A stretch of 64,000 nt of DNA from Desulfobacterales bacterium (GTDB lineage: Bacteria; Desulfobacterota; Desulfobacteria; Desulfobacterales; UBA5852): NCBI GenBank assembly GCA_963674755.2, contig CAXXVS010000003.1, forward strand, positions 288,001 to 352,000, in the 5' to 3' direction. The position numbers and the translations under genes were made by a program. Under the pieces are notes generated by a model. That model searched no databases and was not told the DNA's origin. It saw only the letters and a list, made by a program, of their open reading frames with translations. Of this stretch, positions 9,036-18,335 are shown in pieces (the first letter of the stretch is position 1; every line of letters starts with the position of its first letter).

Positions 9036-10763
9036 ATGAAACACGCTATCATCGACAACCGGTTCGTCATCCTAAAGGACCACCTGGAAGATTTCCTCAA
9101 GGACCTCCACGATTATATCAACGGCATGGGCGGTACATCCCTGCCGACCATTGTAAGCGATCTTCGGTCCGGGCTCAACGAGCCGTTTCTTTTCGTAGTG
9201 GTGGGAGAAGTCAAATCCGGCAAGAGCAGTTTCATTAATGCCCTGCTCGGAGAAGATATCTGCCCGGTGGATGCCGCCCCATGTACGGACGCCATCCAGG
9301 AGATCGTCTATGCCGAACGACCTTACGAAGATACGATTCGACCTTTCCTTAAAAAAATCGGTCGCCCGTTGGCCATTCTGCAGACCATCGCCATCGTCGA
9401 CACCCCCGGCACCAACACGGTAATCGAAAACCACCAGGAGATTACCCGCAACTTCATTCCCAACAGCGATCTCGTTCTCATGGTCTTCCAGGCCAAGAAC
9501 CCTTACACCCAATCAGCCTGGGACTTATTGGACTACATCCGCGAAGACTGGCGCAAACGGACAATCTTTATTCTGCAACAGGCCGACCTGGCCCGCCCGG
9601 ATGAAATCGAGACCAACATGGCCCGTGTGCGGGATCTCGCCCTTCAGAAGGGCATCGCCTCTCCCACGATCTTTGCCACATCGGCAGCCCGCGAGCTAAG
9701 CCAAACACCGGACAGCGGCTTCGAAGACGTCCGTCGGTTTATCCGCCAGACCGTCACCGGCGGCCGCCACTACCGTCTGAAGCTGGAGTCCATTCTCGAA
9801 ACTGCGGGGCAGGTTTTGGAGCAGGTGGATCAGGCCTTGTCTCAAAGACGGGAGCAGCACCTGGCAGACCAGCGCGTTGTGGACACGATCCGCACCCGGC
9901 TGGAGAGCGGACATCAACAGTCGGCCTACGAACTGCGCACCCTGATCCAACGATTGGGTGCCGCTTATGATGCCGCAGCGCGCCAAGCCGCGGAACGATT
10001 CGATGAGGGCCTTTCCTTTGCCAAGCTCTTTGGAAAATCCATCCGCGCCACGCTGAACCGCAAAACGTCTGTGAAAGCCTGGCTGGAAGACATTCAGAAA
10101 TCCTTTGAAACGGACCTCAGGGAAAAAATTGAGGCCTTGACCGAAGAGGGGGCCGATCACTTTCTGGACGGATTGCACCAGCTGCTCACCTATCTGCTGG
10201 ACGAACTGGATGAGGTTAAAGGCCACCGATTACACCAGGACGATCTGCTTTTAAAAATCGACCGGCGCCGACAGGATGTTATCGCCACAGTGCGCACCAA
10301 AATGGCCGAAACCGCCATGGAAGACCTTTTTGCGGAGAACACTCTCCGGAATTCGAATCGTCTGGCGCCTTCCCTGATGGGCGGCAGTGCCCTGACCGCC
10401 ATCGGTGCCCTGGTACTGGCGGTAACCCACGGTCTCTTTTTCGATATCACCGGTGGACTGTTGACTGGCACCGGTCTTTTGCTGGCCGGAGGCGTTCTGT
10501 TTATCAAGAAGGGGCGCCTTCTTCAGCAGTTCAAGCAAGGGCTCGAGGACGGCAAGGCGCGGTTCGAAGCCGAACTGACCGAGCGCCTGTCCCAGCGCCT
10601 CGACCTGATCTACGACGATATCGACCGCAAATTCCTGCCCCTCTACGAATACGTGTCCCAGGAGCAGCAGCGCATGGCGCCCCTTCTGGCAGGGTTGGAG
10701 GACTTCCGCCGCCGGCACCATGAATTGGCAGCCTCTGTGGGCTCTGAACTTGATATCCCCTGA
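9036..10763 (+). CDS. Bacterial dynamin-like GTPase
   Basis: G1 GEVKSGKSS, G3 DTPG, long helical stalk, hydrophobic hairpin near the C-terminus. Confidence 0.82.
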   Translation: MKHAIIDNRFVILKDHLEDFLKDLHDYINGMGGTSLPTIVSDLRSGLNEPFLFVVVGEVKSGKSSFINALLGEDICPVDAAPCTDAIQEIVYAERPYEDTIRPFLKKIGRPLAILQTIAIVDTPGTNTVIENHQEITRNFIPNSDLVLMVFQAKNPYTQSAWDLLDYIREDWRKRTIFILQQADLARPDEIETNMARVRDLALQKGIASPTIFATSAARELSQTPDSGFEDVRRFIRQTVTGGRHYRLKLESILETAGQVLEQVDQALSQRREQHLADQRVVDTIRTRLESGHQQSAYELRTLIQRLGAAYDAAARQAAERFDEGLSFAKLFGKSIRATLNRKTSVKAWLEDIQKSFETDLREKIEALTEEGADHFLDGLHQLLTYLLDELDEVKGHRLHQDDLLLKIDRRRQDVIATVRTKMAETAMEDLFAENTLRNSNRLAPSLMGGSALTAIGALVLAVTHGLFFDITGGLLTGTGLLLAGGVLFIKKGRLLQQFKQGLEDGKARFEAELTERLSQRLDLIYDDIDRKFLPLYEYVSQEQQRMAPLLAGLEDFRRRHHELAASVGSELDIP

Positions 10764-10977
10764 CGCCGATCACGATCCGTTTTCCCCGAATCTTGTCGAC
10801 AAAAGCGAAGGGCTTTGCGTCTTACCAGTAGGAATGGACGCTAGCGGGAAAAGACGATTGGCCTTGAAGCCGCAGCAGGCTTGACTTCGCTTATTGACAC
10901 TAATCCCGAGATCTGTTAGTTAAACCAGCTTGGGGATGAGGGATGACTAACCTTTTGGAAGGAGGTATAAGGGTCCT

Positions 10978-11454
10978 ATGAAGCTCAAATCACTGTTTTT
11001 CGCGCTCGCTCTGATGGGGATCGCCTGTGTGTTCTTGGTCACAGGCCTGCAGGCCGGCACCCAGATGCCCGACGTCATCAAGATGGACAACAAGACGTTC
11101 GAACACACCAAGGGCATCGTCACGTTTGATCACAAGAAGCATGTTGCCGACTACGGCGCCAGCTGCGGCGACTGCCATCACGACGACAAGGGGCAGCCCC
11201 TGACCAATCTCAAGGAAGGCGACGACGTCCAAACCTGCATGACATGCCACAAAAAGCCCGGCGAAGTGCCCAAAGACGTTAAAAAGGAATGGCGCGCCAA
11301 AAAGCTCAAAAAAGACGAGATGAAAAAGCTTGAACTTGAATACTACGTGGAAGCGCTGCATGAAAACTGCATCAGCTGCCATAAAAAGTGGAACAAAGAG
11401 AATAAATCCAAGGCTGCTCCGACGTCCTGCAGCAAGTGCCATCCCAAGAAATAA
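10978..11454 (+). CDS. Periplasmic tetraheme cytochrome c3
   Basis: Sec signal peptide, V.FDHKKH, and four CxxCH motifs (CGDCHH, CMTCH, CISCH, CSKCH); GGAGG RBS. Confidence 0.93.
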   Translation: MKLKSLFFALALMGIACVFLVTGLQAGTQMPDVIKMDNKTFEHTKGIVTFDHKKHVADYGASCGDCHHDDKGQPLTNLKEGDDVQTCMTCHKKPGEVPKDVKKEWRAKKLKKDEMKKLELEYYVEALHENCISCHKKWNKENKSKAAPTSCSKCHPKK

Positions 11455-11483
11455 GCCTCTGCCTGTTCAGGCTTAGCGGTTTC

Positions 11484-11515
11484 AAGCGGGAAAAACCCTA
11501 GCGTTTTTCCCGCTT
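11484..11515. terminator. Hairpin between the convergent cytochrome c3 and dsrN genes, probable terminator
   Basis: AAGCGGGAAAAAC-N6-GTTTTTCCCGCTT, a perfect 13-bp stem. Confidence 0.75.
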
Positions 11516-11516
11516 C

Positions 11517-12935
11517 TTATTTGGATGAACGGTATTGAAGGGCCTTCGCTACCAAGGCCGGCGCCCACAGGGGCGTGCCGGAGGCATGCAGGTGGGTGTA
11601 GGTGGCCAGCACGTTCTTGTGGCAAAGGCCGTCCTTTCCGTCGATCAGGCCCGTGCCGCGGGCCATGGTGTAAGCCAGATCCTCCTTGCGGCCGTGCCAT
11701 TTGAGTACACTTGAATAGTGGAATTCATGACCTTTGAGGGTCGTACCCGTCCGGAAAAAGGGGTTGGCGCCGGTCACCTCCAGAATGGTATAGCCATGTC
11801 CCTGGGGGCGCCTGGAAAAACCGAACGTCACCGGCAAGACGCCGCACATGTCGTAGGCTTTATCGTCCAGCACCAGCTGCTCCCCTAAATACATCAGTCC
11901 GCCGCACTCGGCGTAGATCGGCAGCCCGCCCTGGGCCAGCCGTTTGAGACGATCGCGAAACGTTTCGTTGCGGGCCAGCTCCTCGGCATGGGTTTCAGGG
12001 AATCCGCCGCCGATGTACATGGCGTCGGCATCCGGTGGGGTGCCGTTCTCCAGAGGACTGGTAAAGACCAGACGGGCGCCGGCCGCCGCCAGCGCTTCCA
12101 GGTTTTCAGGATAATAAAACTGAAAAGCGCTGTCCCGGATCACCGCGATGGTGGGGGGCGGCGCGTCAGAAGAAAAACCCGCTTGGGAGGCTTCCTCCGC
12201 CCCGGCTTCCCTCTCCAGTAAAAACGGTTCCGCTTCCCGGGCCGTACGCATCACCGCCTCCAAATCGATATAATCCCGGGCCACATCGGCCGCGGCTTCG
12301 ATGGAGGAACGCGCCCAGTCATGTTCAGGAGTCGGGACCAGGCCCATATGACGTTCGGGGAAGCTTTGTTTGCGCAGCTTGGGGATCGCCCCCAGGACCG
12401 GAATGCCGCAGTGCTCTTCGATACTGCGCCGCAGAATGCCTTCATGCCGGGCACCGGCGATACGGTTGAGAATCACTCCTCGAATGCGGACGGCAGGGTC
12501 GAAGTGGCTGCAGCCGGAAACCACGGCCGCCATGGTCCGCGTGGTTTTGGTCCCGTCAATGATTAGAAGGATGGGAAGACCCAGCAGCTTGGCCAATTCG
12601 GCCGTGCTGGTCTCACCACGGGTGTCGATGCAGTCGTAGATGCCGCGATTGCCTTCGATGACCGCCAGGTCGCATCCCCGGCTGTAATCGGCGTAGGTTT
12701 GCCGGATGCGCCGGGCCTCAATCAAAAAAGTGTCCAGATTATAACAGGGGCGATTTCCCGCTGCCAGCGACAGCCACCCGGCGTCGATATAGTCCGGTCC
12801 CTTTTTGAAAGGTGCGACCCGGCGGCCCATGGACGACAGGGCGGCAATCAATCCGATGGAGACGATGGTCTTGCCGGAGCCCCCCCGCAGAGCGCCCACT
12901 ACAAGGCCGGGATATGCCTGAAGCTGTTCACCCAT
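11517..12935 (-). CDS. dsrN: Siroheme amidase DsrN (cobyrinate a,c-diamide synthase family)
   Basis: GGSGKT, FKKGPDYID, ERHMGL, GGGFPE, AECGG, GHEFHYS; directly downstream of dsrABD. Confidence 0.88.
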   Translation of the reverse strand: MGEQLQAYPGLVVGALRGGSGKTIVSIGLIAALSSMGRRVAPFKKGPDYIDAGWLSLAAGNRPCYNLDTFLIEARRIRQTYADYSRGCDLAVIEGNRGIYDCIDTRGETSTAELAKLLGLPILLIIDGTKTTRTMAAVVSGCSHFDPAVRIRGVILNRIAGARHEGILRRSIEEHCGIPVLGAIPKLRKQSFPERHMGLVPTPEHDWARSSIEAAADVARDYIDLEAVMRTAREAEPFLLEREAGAEEASQAGFSSDAPPPTIAVIRDSAFQFYYPENLEALAAAGARLVFTSPLENGTPPDADAMYIGGGFPETHAEELARNETFRDRLKRLAQGGLPIYAECGGLMYLGEQLVLDDKAYDMCGVLPVTFGFSRRPQGHGYTILEVTGANPFFRTGTTLKGHEFHYSSVLKWHGRKEDLAYTMARGTGLIDGKDGLCHKNVLATYTHLHASGTPLWAPALVAKALQYRSSK

Positions 12936-13122
12936 CAAAAGGGTCCTTTTTCTTCAATCCAGCCGGGGCTTCCGAATAACGGATCGATCCAAGTACAAAG
13001 GCGAAAAATGGGGGCTTTGTGATCCTTCCCATCTTCCGCCTTGTGGGTACAAATCATCTTCTCCGATGGCACCGATCGCCACCGAAAAACGTGAGCTCAT
13101 TCTTCAACTGACAAACGGGCGG

Positions 13123-13368
13123 TTAGTCTTCGTGCTCGGCACTCGCCTGCTTGCCGGTGCCCGGCATGCCGTACATGGAAGTGCTGCCGCTGGACCAATA
13201 TTCCAGGACCCCGTCCTCCACGAGTTTGTTCACGATTTTCTTGGCCTCGCGAGGTTTCATTTCAAGGATCTTGGACAAATCGTTGAAGTAGAATTTGCTC
13301 TTCGATTTCAGCTTCTTGGTCAGCGCTTCGACGATTTTGGCTTTCGCCTCTTCATAGTCCATTGCCAT
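13123..13368 (-). CDS. dsrD: Dissimilatory sulfite reductase protein DsrD
   Basis: KSKFYFND, LEYWSSGSTSMYG; follows dsrB. Confidence 0.95.
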   Translation of the reverse strand: MAMDYEEAKAKIVEALTKKLKSKSKFYFNDLSKILEMKPREAKKIVNKLVEDGVLEYWSSGSTSMYGMPGTGKQASAEHED

Positions 13369-13450
13369 GGTGTACCTTCTTTCATGATATGCCGGAGCAG
13401 CCCCGTTGGGGTTATGCTCCGGCCATTAAGTAAGCATCCCTTACGTCGGC

Positions 13451-14596
13451 TTAGAACTTGAATTGGCTGGTCTGACGCCAAGTGTAGTAAGCCGGATCAC
13501 GGAAGTCGTCGATCAGGTGATGCGTGAACGGCAGTTCGCATTTATCGAAGAAACGCTCCCAGCCGATGCGCTCGGCCCATTCGCCTAGACGCTCGTATTT
13601 GTTGGCGTCTCCTGCGTAGGTCTCGATGATCTTCTTGATGACAGCGGTCATTTCCGGCCAGCGCGGGGTGTTGTTGGGCTGGAAGGCCACAACTACCTTG
13701 GAGAACTTAGGTGCGCTGATGCGGTTGGACACCTTGCCGCCCACCATCAGGACGATGCCGTCACCTTCTTTGTCGGAAAGCGGCATGGAGGGGCACATTG
13801 TATAGCAGTTGCCGCAAAACATGCAACGTTCGTTGTTCACGGCCACACTGTTCACCTTCTGGCCGTTGATTTCCATCTTGGACGGCTTGATGGCGGCGGT
13901 GGGGCAAGCCGCGATGGCCAGGGGAATTTCGCACATCTTGTCCAAATATTCATGGTCCAGCATGGGCGGTTTGCGATGGTAGCCCAGGATGGCAATGTCC
14001 GAGCAGTGCACGGCGCCGCACATGTTGAGGCAGCAGGCCATGGAGATGCGCAGGTGAGCCGGCATGCGATGATTCTGGAAGTCAGCGAAGACCTCGTCCA
14101 TGGTGGCCTTGACCGTACCGGAGGCATCCGTGGCCGGGGTGTGGCAGTGGATCCAGCCCTGGGTGTGGACGATGTTGGAGATGCCGGCACCGGTGCCGCC
14201 TACCGGGAACTTGAAGCTGCCGCCGGCAAACTTACGGCTTTCCAGATCCTGGAGCAGAGGCTCCACCTTGTCTTTGCTGTCCACCATAAACTCGATGTTG
14301 TTACGGGTGGTGAAGCGCAGGTGGCCGTCACAATATTTTTCAGCAATTTCACAGATTTCACGGATATGGGTGGTGCTCATGAGACGGGCGCCGCCGCAGC
14401 GAATCGTGTAAACCTCGTCGCCGGATTCGGCCACATGGACCAGCACGCCGGGTTTCAGATATTCATGGTACAGCCATTTGCCTTTGTTTTTGGCGATGAC
14501 CGCCGGATAAAACTCATCGTATTTGCGCGGACCGATGTCGGTGATCCGGTTTTCCATCGGTTTGTCAGGATTGTAACCTGAAGAAACGAATGCCAT
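13451..14596 (-). CDS. dsrB: Dissimilatory sulfite reductase beta subunit
   Basis: [55 protein letters not shown]. Confidence 0.98.
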   Translation of the reverse strand: MAFVSSGYNPDKPMENRITDIGPRKYDEFYPAVIAKNKGKWLYHEYLKPGVLVHVAESGDEVYTIRCGGARLMSTTHIREICEIAEKYCDGHLRFTTRNNIEFMVDSKDKVEPLLQDLESRKFAGGSFKFPVGGTGAGISNIVHTQGWIHCHTPATDASGTVKATMDEVFADFQNHRMPAHLRISMACCLNMCGAVHCSDIAILGYHRKPPMLDHEYLDKMCEIPLAIAACPTAAIKPSKMEINGQKVNSVAVNNERCMFCGNCYTMCPSMPLSDKEGDGIVLMVGGKVSNRISAPKFSKVVVAFQPNNTPRWPEMTAVIKKIIETYAGDANKYERLGEWAERIGWERFFDKCELPFTHHLIDDFRDPAYYTWRQTSQFKF

Positions 14597-14608
14597 GGTG
14601 CGTCCCCC

Positions 14609-15922
14609 TTATCTCTGATGGTGTTTACGGTACTCGTTGATGTCACGGTCCCAGCCGCCTTCCACCTCGTCTTCTTTCCAGAAGATGTAGGGGTTGGAGC
14701 GCGGTTCTTTAACATGCTGCGGCACCGGATCGATTCCGGTGGCTTCGAGCAGCTTCTGGAAGCCCTGACGTTTCATGAGCTCACCGAGACGTTCGCGGTT
14801 CTTGCCTTCTTCCATCCACCAGTCCCAAACCGCTTCGATGACTTCCTTGATTTCATCGTAGGGTTCTTCCACCTTGATGAAGGGAACCAACAGGGAGCCC
14901 ATCTGGGCACCGTCCAGGATGGGGGCCTTGGCACCGGCCAGCATGGATGCGCCGCGGTCGTCGCCGATGCGCAGGGCACGCGGCATGACATTGATGCAGT
15001 GCATGCAGCGGGTACATTCTTTGTTGTCGATCTTAAGGGCCTTGCCATCCATCCACATGCATTTCGTGGGGCAGAGATCGATGACTTCCTTCTGGATGTC
15101 GAAGGCACCCCAGTCGCGGCCGGAATGGGCACCGGCGTTGGGCGGAAATTCGCCGCCGATGTAAGCCTGGACCGCTTCCTGGTCGATTTTGATGTCGTCT
15201 CTCCAGGTGCCGATGAAGGACAGGTCGGACCGGGCGATGGAGGCCACGCAGCAATTGGGGCAGCCGTCGAACTTGAATTTGAATTTGTAGGGGAAGGCCG
15301 GACGATGGAGTTCGTCCTGGTATTCCTGGGTCAGGGTGTAGCACAGCGCCTGGGTGTCGTAGCAGGCATATTCGCAACGGGCCTGGCCCACGCAGTCGGC
15401 CGGTGTCCGGAGGTTGGAGCCGGAGCCGCCAAGGTCCTGGTTGTAAGTATGTGTCAGTTCGTAGAAAATTTCTTCCAGCTGGGGTGTCGTGGTACCCAGG
15501 AAGATGATGTCGCCCGTGGACCCGTGCATATTGGTGATGCCGCTGCCGCGGAAATCCCACAGGTCGCACAGGTTACGCAGGTACTCGGTGGTGTAGAACT
15601 TGCCGCCCGGCTGGTTCACGCGCATGGTGTGAAAATGGGCCACCCCGGGGAAATTTTGGGGTTGGTCGCAGTAACGACCGATGACGCCGCCGCCGTATCC
15701 GAAGACGCCCACGATACCGCCGTGCTTCCAGTGGGTGGTGCCGTCTTCGTAAGAAAGTTCCAAAATGCCCAAGAGGTCTTCCACCACGTCCTGGGGGATC
15801 TGGAATTCAATGTTTTCAGCGTTTTTGGCGCGAACTTCAGCCTGCTGCTTCAAGTCGGACACAAAGCTTGGCCAAGGCCCGGACTCAAGCTGGTCCAACA
15901 AAGGCGTTGCGTGTTTTGCCAT
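14609..15922 (-). CDS. dsrA: Dissimilatory sulfite reductase alpha subunit
   Basis: TPLLDQLESGPWPSFV, THWKHGG, KFKFKFDGCPNCC, CTRCMHC. Confidence 0.98.
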   Translation of the reverse strand: MAKHATPLLDQLESGPWPSFVSDLKQQAEVRAKNAENIEFQIPQDVVEDLLGILELSYEDGTTHWKHGGIVGVFGYGGGVIGRYCDQPQNFPGVAHFHTMRVNQPGGKFYTTEYLRNLCDLWDFRGSGITNMHGSTGDIIFLGTTTPQLEEIFYELTHTYNQDLGGSGSNLRTPADCVGQARCEYACYDTQALCYTLTQEYQDELHRPAFPYKFKFKFDGCPNCCVASIARSDLSFIGTWRDDIKIDQEAVQAYIGGEFPPNAGAHSGRDWGAFDIQKEVIDLCPTKCMWMDGKALKIDNKECTRCMHCINVMPRALRIGDDRGASMLAGAKAPILDGAQMGSLLVPFIKVEEPYDEIKEVIEAVWDWWMEEGKNRERLGELMKRQGFQKLLEATGIDPVPQHVKEPRSNPYIFWKEDEVEGGWDRDINEYRKHHQR

Positions 15923-16077
15923 CGTCTTACCTCCAGTTAAAATAGGAATTAACTATCTATACACAATCGTCGTTGCTACCAAAAGCTTTGGTTGGCTCCG
16001 CCGTCACCTCCTCTCAATTTCGTTTTGTTATATAAGGTATCATCGCGAGTGGAATTTTTAAGGCCGTTAAGTCGTTT

Positions 16078-16106
16078 GATATAAAATTAAACCGGTTTCT
16101 TGTCAA
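16078..16106 (-). promoter_or_regulatory. Putative sigma70 promoter of dsrABD
   Basis: Minus strand TTGACA-N17-TATATC in an AT-rich intergenic region; the spacer contains the palindrome AAACCGGTTT. Confidence 0.45.
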
Positions 16107-16257
16107 TAAAAAAGCATGGTTTCGCGGGGTTAAGCACACCCTCCCATTATCATCCGGTTATCTTGTGAACCCCGCCTTCAAAACCCCTTTATCTTGTGGT
16201 TTTCATAAAGCAACTGCCGATTTCGCGACCGTGCTGAAACAACCTCCGAAGCCCCCC

Positions 16258-17469
16258 TCAATGGGCTTGAAACCGCCTCTGCAAGGTTTCATGAAGCAAT
16301 GCGCCATGGGATGCCAAATTGGCACGAATGAGGCCTTTTTCCATGTCCATGAGCTGATAGCGCTCGGCCACGAGAGACAACAACTCCATCACTTCATCTA
16401 AGGCGTAAGCGTCGAGTAATCTTTTGACCTCTATCGATTGGTCTTCATCGAGAGCGTCGAAAAACCCCCTTATGGTCTCCTGAACCGCGATGGCATCGGC
16501 CCAGGCCGGAGGGCCGGTGCCATCCAGCCGATCCAATCGGTTGCGAATGGTCAGGTTGAAAAAGAATACCAGAAGAGCCGTCAGGCGAGCCTCCGCCTCC
16601 AGCTCGCCGTTGCGGTCCCCGATGGTCGGCGCATATTGGCGAACCGTAATGAGCCGCAGATCCAAAGCATCGTCCTTCACCCGCAAAACGAAATCACCGG
16701 AGGCATGATGCCAGGGATAGATCTGTTCGGTGGTATGGGGATTAAACGCGCGGGTCAGCAAAAAGGCCACCCGGCGGTAAACCGCCGCTTGCTGACGGTC
16801 GGACAGATAAAAAGGCGCGGTCGTCGTATCCCAGACCACCATTCCCTGGCGGCCTTTTTGCGGGTCGATGGACAGATGGAACTCATGAAAGCCCTCGAAC
16901 CAATCCGCCAGAAACATGGAAAGCGGCGCATGGTTGGCGCCAGGTACCGTTGCAAGACCGTAAACGGCCGGTACACCGTCCGGGGGCAAGCGTCCGGCAA
17001 CGCTGTTGAGGGCGTTGATTTCGCTGGCCATCCAAGTGCGGCCGTGCGGCGTCACGGCGACATTGAGCACCAGCGACAGCACCCCATCCTTGCAGGGCAC
17101 AAGAATGCGGGCCGGATGATAAAACTCACCGTGCTTCTCGAGGATGATCTCCAACGTTTCCCCATGGAACTCATCGGCGCACAAGGGATAGCGGACCATC
17201 AGGGCCTTACGCACATGGTCCTGGCCTTCCCCTTGTAAATAGTCTCGTATCGCCTGGAAATAGTTGCCGTGGGTGATCGGCTCTGCGTTGACGTCTTGGG
17301 GCGCGGAAGAACCGGGAAGAGGTTTCCTGATGGAGGGCAGGGGGGTGTTCCATACACGATGGTCCGGACGGATGACGCCGTCATATCCGGTAATGCGGTA
17401 AACGATAGCGATGCGCCACCCCCCCTTTGATGGATGCGGTCGGGGGTTCGCCCGACCACCAAATATCAT
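16258..17469 (-). CDS. Hypothetical protein, possible atypical protein-kinase-like fold
   Basis: 403-aa ORF with an ATGA overlap to the TPR gene; motif order VPAVYG / MFLADWFEG / PWHHASGDFV / LRLITV. Confidence 0.7.
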   Translation of the reverse strand: MIFGGRANPRPHPSKGGWRIAIVYRITGYDGVIRPDHRVWNTPLPSIRKPLPGSSAPQDVNAEPITHGNYFQAIRDYLQGEGQDHVRKALMVRYPLCADEFHGETLEIILEKHGEFYHPARILVPCKDGVLSLVLNVAVTPHGRTWMASEINALNSVAGRLPPDGVPAVYGLATVPGANHAPLSMFLADWFEGFHEFHLSIDPQKGRQGMVVWDTTTAPFYLSDRQQAAVYRRVAFLLTRAFNPHTTEQIYPWHHASGDFVLRVKDDALDLRLITVRQYAPTIGDRNGELEAEARLTALLVFFFNLTIRNRLDRLDGTGPPAWADAIAVQETIRGFFDALDEDQSIEVKRLLDAYALDEVMELLSLVAERYQLMDMEKGLIRANLASHGALLHETLQRRFQAH

Positions 17470-18092
17470 TCCCCGCGATACGCTTTCAGCTCATCTATGA
17501 TTTGCGGGGCCACGTCATAACCTAAAGCCTGGGCCTGGTCGATATGTTCCATGGCCTTGTCAAAATCCCCTTTTTCCATATAGGCGATACCCAAATTATT
17601 GTGGGCGATCGGGAAGTTAGGGTCAATTTTGAGGGCCTGCTGACAGGCCTCGATACTCTCCTCCACCTCGCCTTTCATCAGATGGGCGGTGGCAAGGGAG
17701 GCAAAGGCCTGCACATAGCGAAAATTGAAATGCGTGGCGCGTTTCAGGGAAACGATGGCCTCATCGACATTACCCAGCTGCAAATGGACAAACCCGATAT
17801 TGCCGTGCCCTTCCGAAAATCCCGGCCGGGCTTTCACCGCCTGCTGGTTCCATTTGAGGCAACCTTCCAGGTCACCCCGCCGCAGACACAGGGCCCCCAG
17901 TTGGACATAGCCCTCCGCCAGTCCGGGGCTGCATTCGATGGCGGCCATCAACTCCCTTTCCGCTTCTTCAAGCTCCTGGGTACCCATAAGGGCCACGGCC
18001 AGATTGTAGTGGGAGGTGCCGCAATCCGGATTAGCGGCAATGGCCTGGCGCTGTTCGGCGATAAATTCCTGCGCATTCTGTGGTTTGTTCAT
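17466..18092 (-). CDS. Tetratricopeptide repeat protein
   Basis: Tandem ~34-aa TPR units (HYNLAVAL, GYVQLGAL, HGNIGFVH, AHNNLGIAY). Confidence 0.9.
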   Translation of the reverse strand: MNKPQNAQEFIAEQRQAIAANPDCGTSHYNLAVALMGTQELEEAERELMAAIECSPGLAEGYVQLGALCLRRGDLEGCLKWNQQAVKARPGFSEGHGNIGFVHLQLGNVDEAIVSLKRATHFNFRYVQAFASLATAHLMKGEVEESIEACQQALKIDPNFPIAHNNLGIAYMEKGDFDKAMEHIDQAQALGYDVAPQIIDELKAYRGE

Positions 18093-18195
18093 CGTTGTTT
18101 CCTCACCATCTTAATATCACTATAGTTGATTGGGGCTCAGGGCATCCATCGAATTGTCATTTTAAAAATGGTTTGGGTAATATGCCCCTTACGCT

Positions 18196-18250
18196 CTGTC
18201 AAGGGAAAAGACCTGATCTATCACGGATATAGGCGCTTTTCCCTTGACAG
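18196..18250. promoter_or_regulatory. Perfect 15-bp inverted repeat carrying back-to-back -35 boxes for the TPR gene and dapA
   Basis: CTGTCAAGGGAAAAG-N25-CTTTTCCCTTGACAG; each arm reads TTGACA toward one of the two divergent genes. Confidence 0.6.
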
Positions 18251-18335
18251 GGAGGCCGCATTTCTTTACCTCTCAGGGACTTGGACCCGCTCTATGGATC
18301 CCAGACTAATATTTAATTCTTCTCAGGAGGGCGAC

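Noticed and set aside
10796..10856. c-di-GMP-I riboswitch suggested by minus-strand GACGCAAAGCC
   Set aside because: The upstream GCAAA/GNRA stem and second hairpin are missing, and no gene lies downstream on that strand.
7184..10977. RiPP biosynthetic cluster around YcaO
   Set aside because: No precursor peptide, E1/RRE partner, dehydrogenase, protease or exporter is visible; the neighbours are housekeeping genes.
16160..16210. Rex operator upstream of dsrA
   Set aside because: Only half-sites (TTGTGAA, TTCATAA) with the wrong spacing for TTGTGAA-N4-TTCACAA.
18126..18335. N-terminal extensions of the ORF calls for dapA (also pyrR, the second ABC ATPase, glpK and the TrxB-like gene)
   Set aside because: Downstream ATGs have clear RBSs and coincide with the start of family homology; the extensions cover promoter DNA or overlap neighbours.
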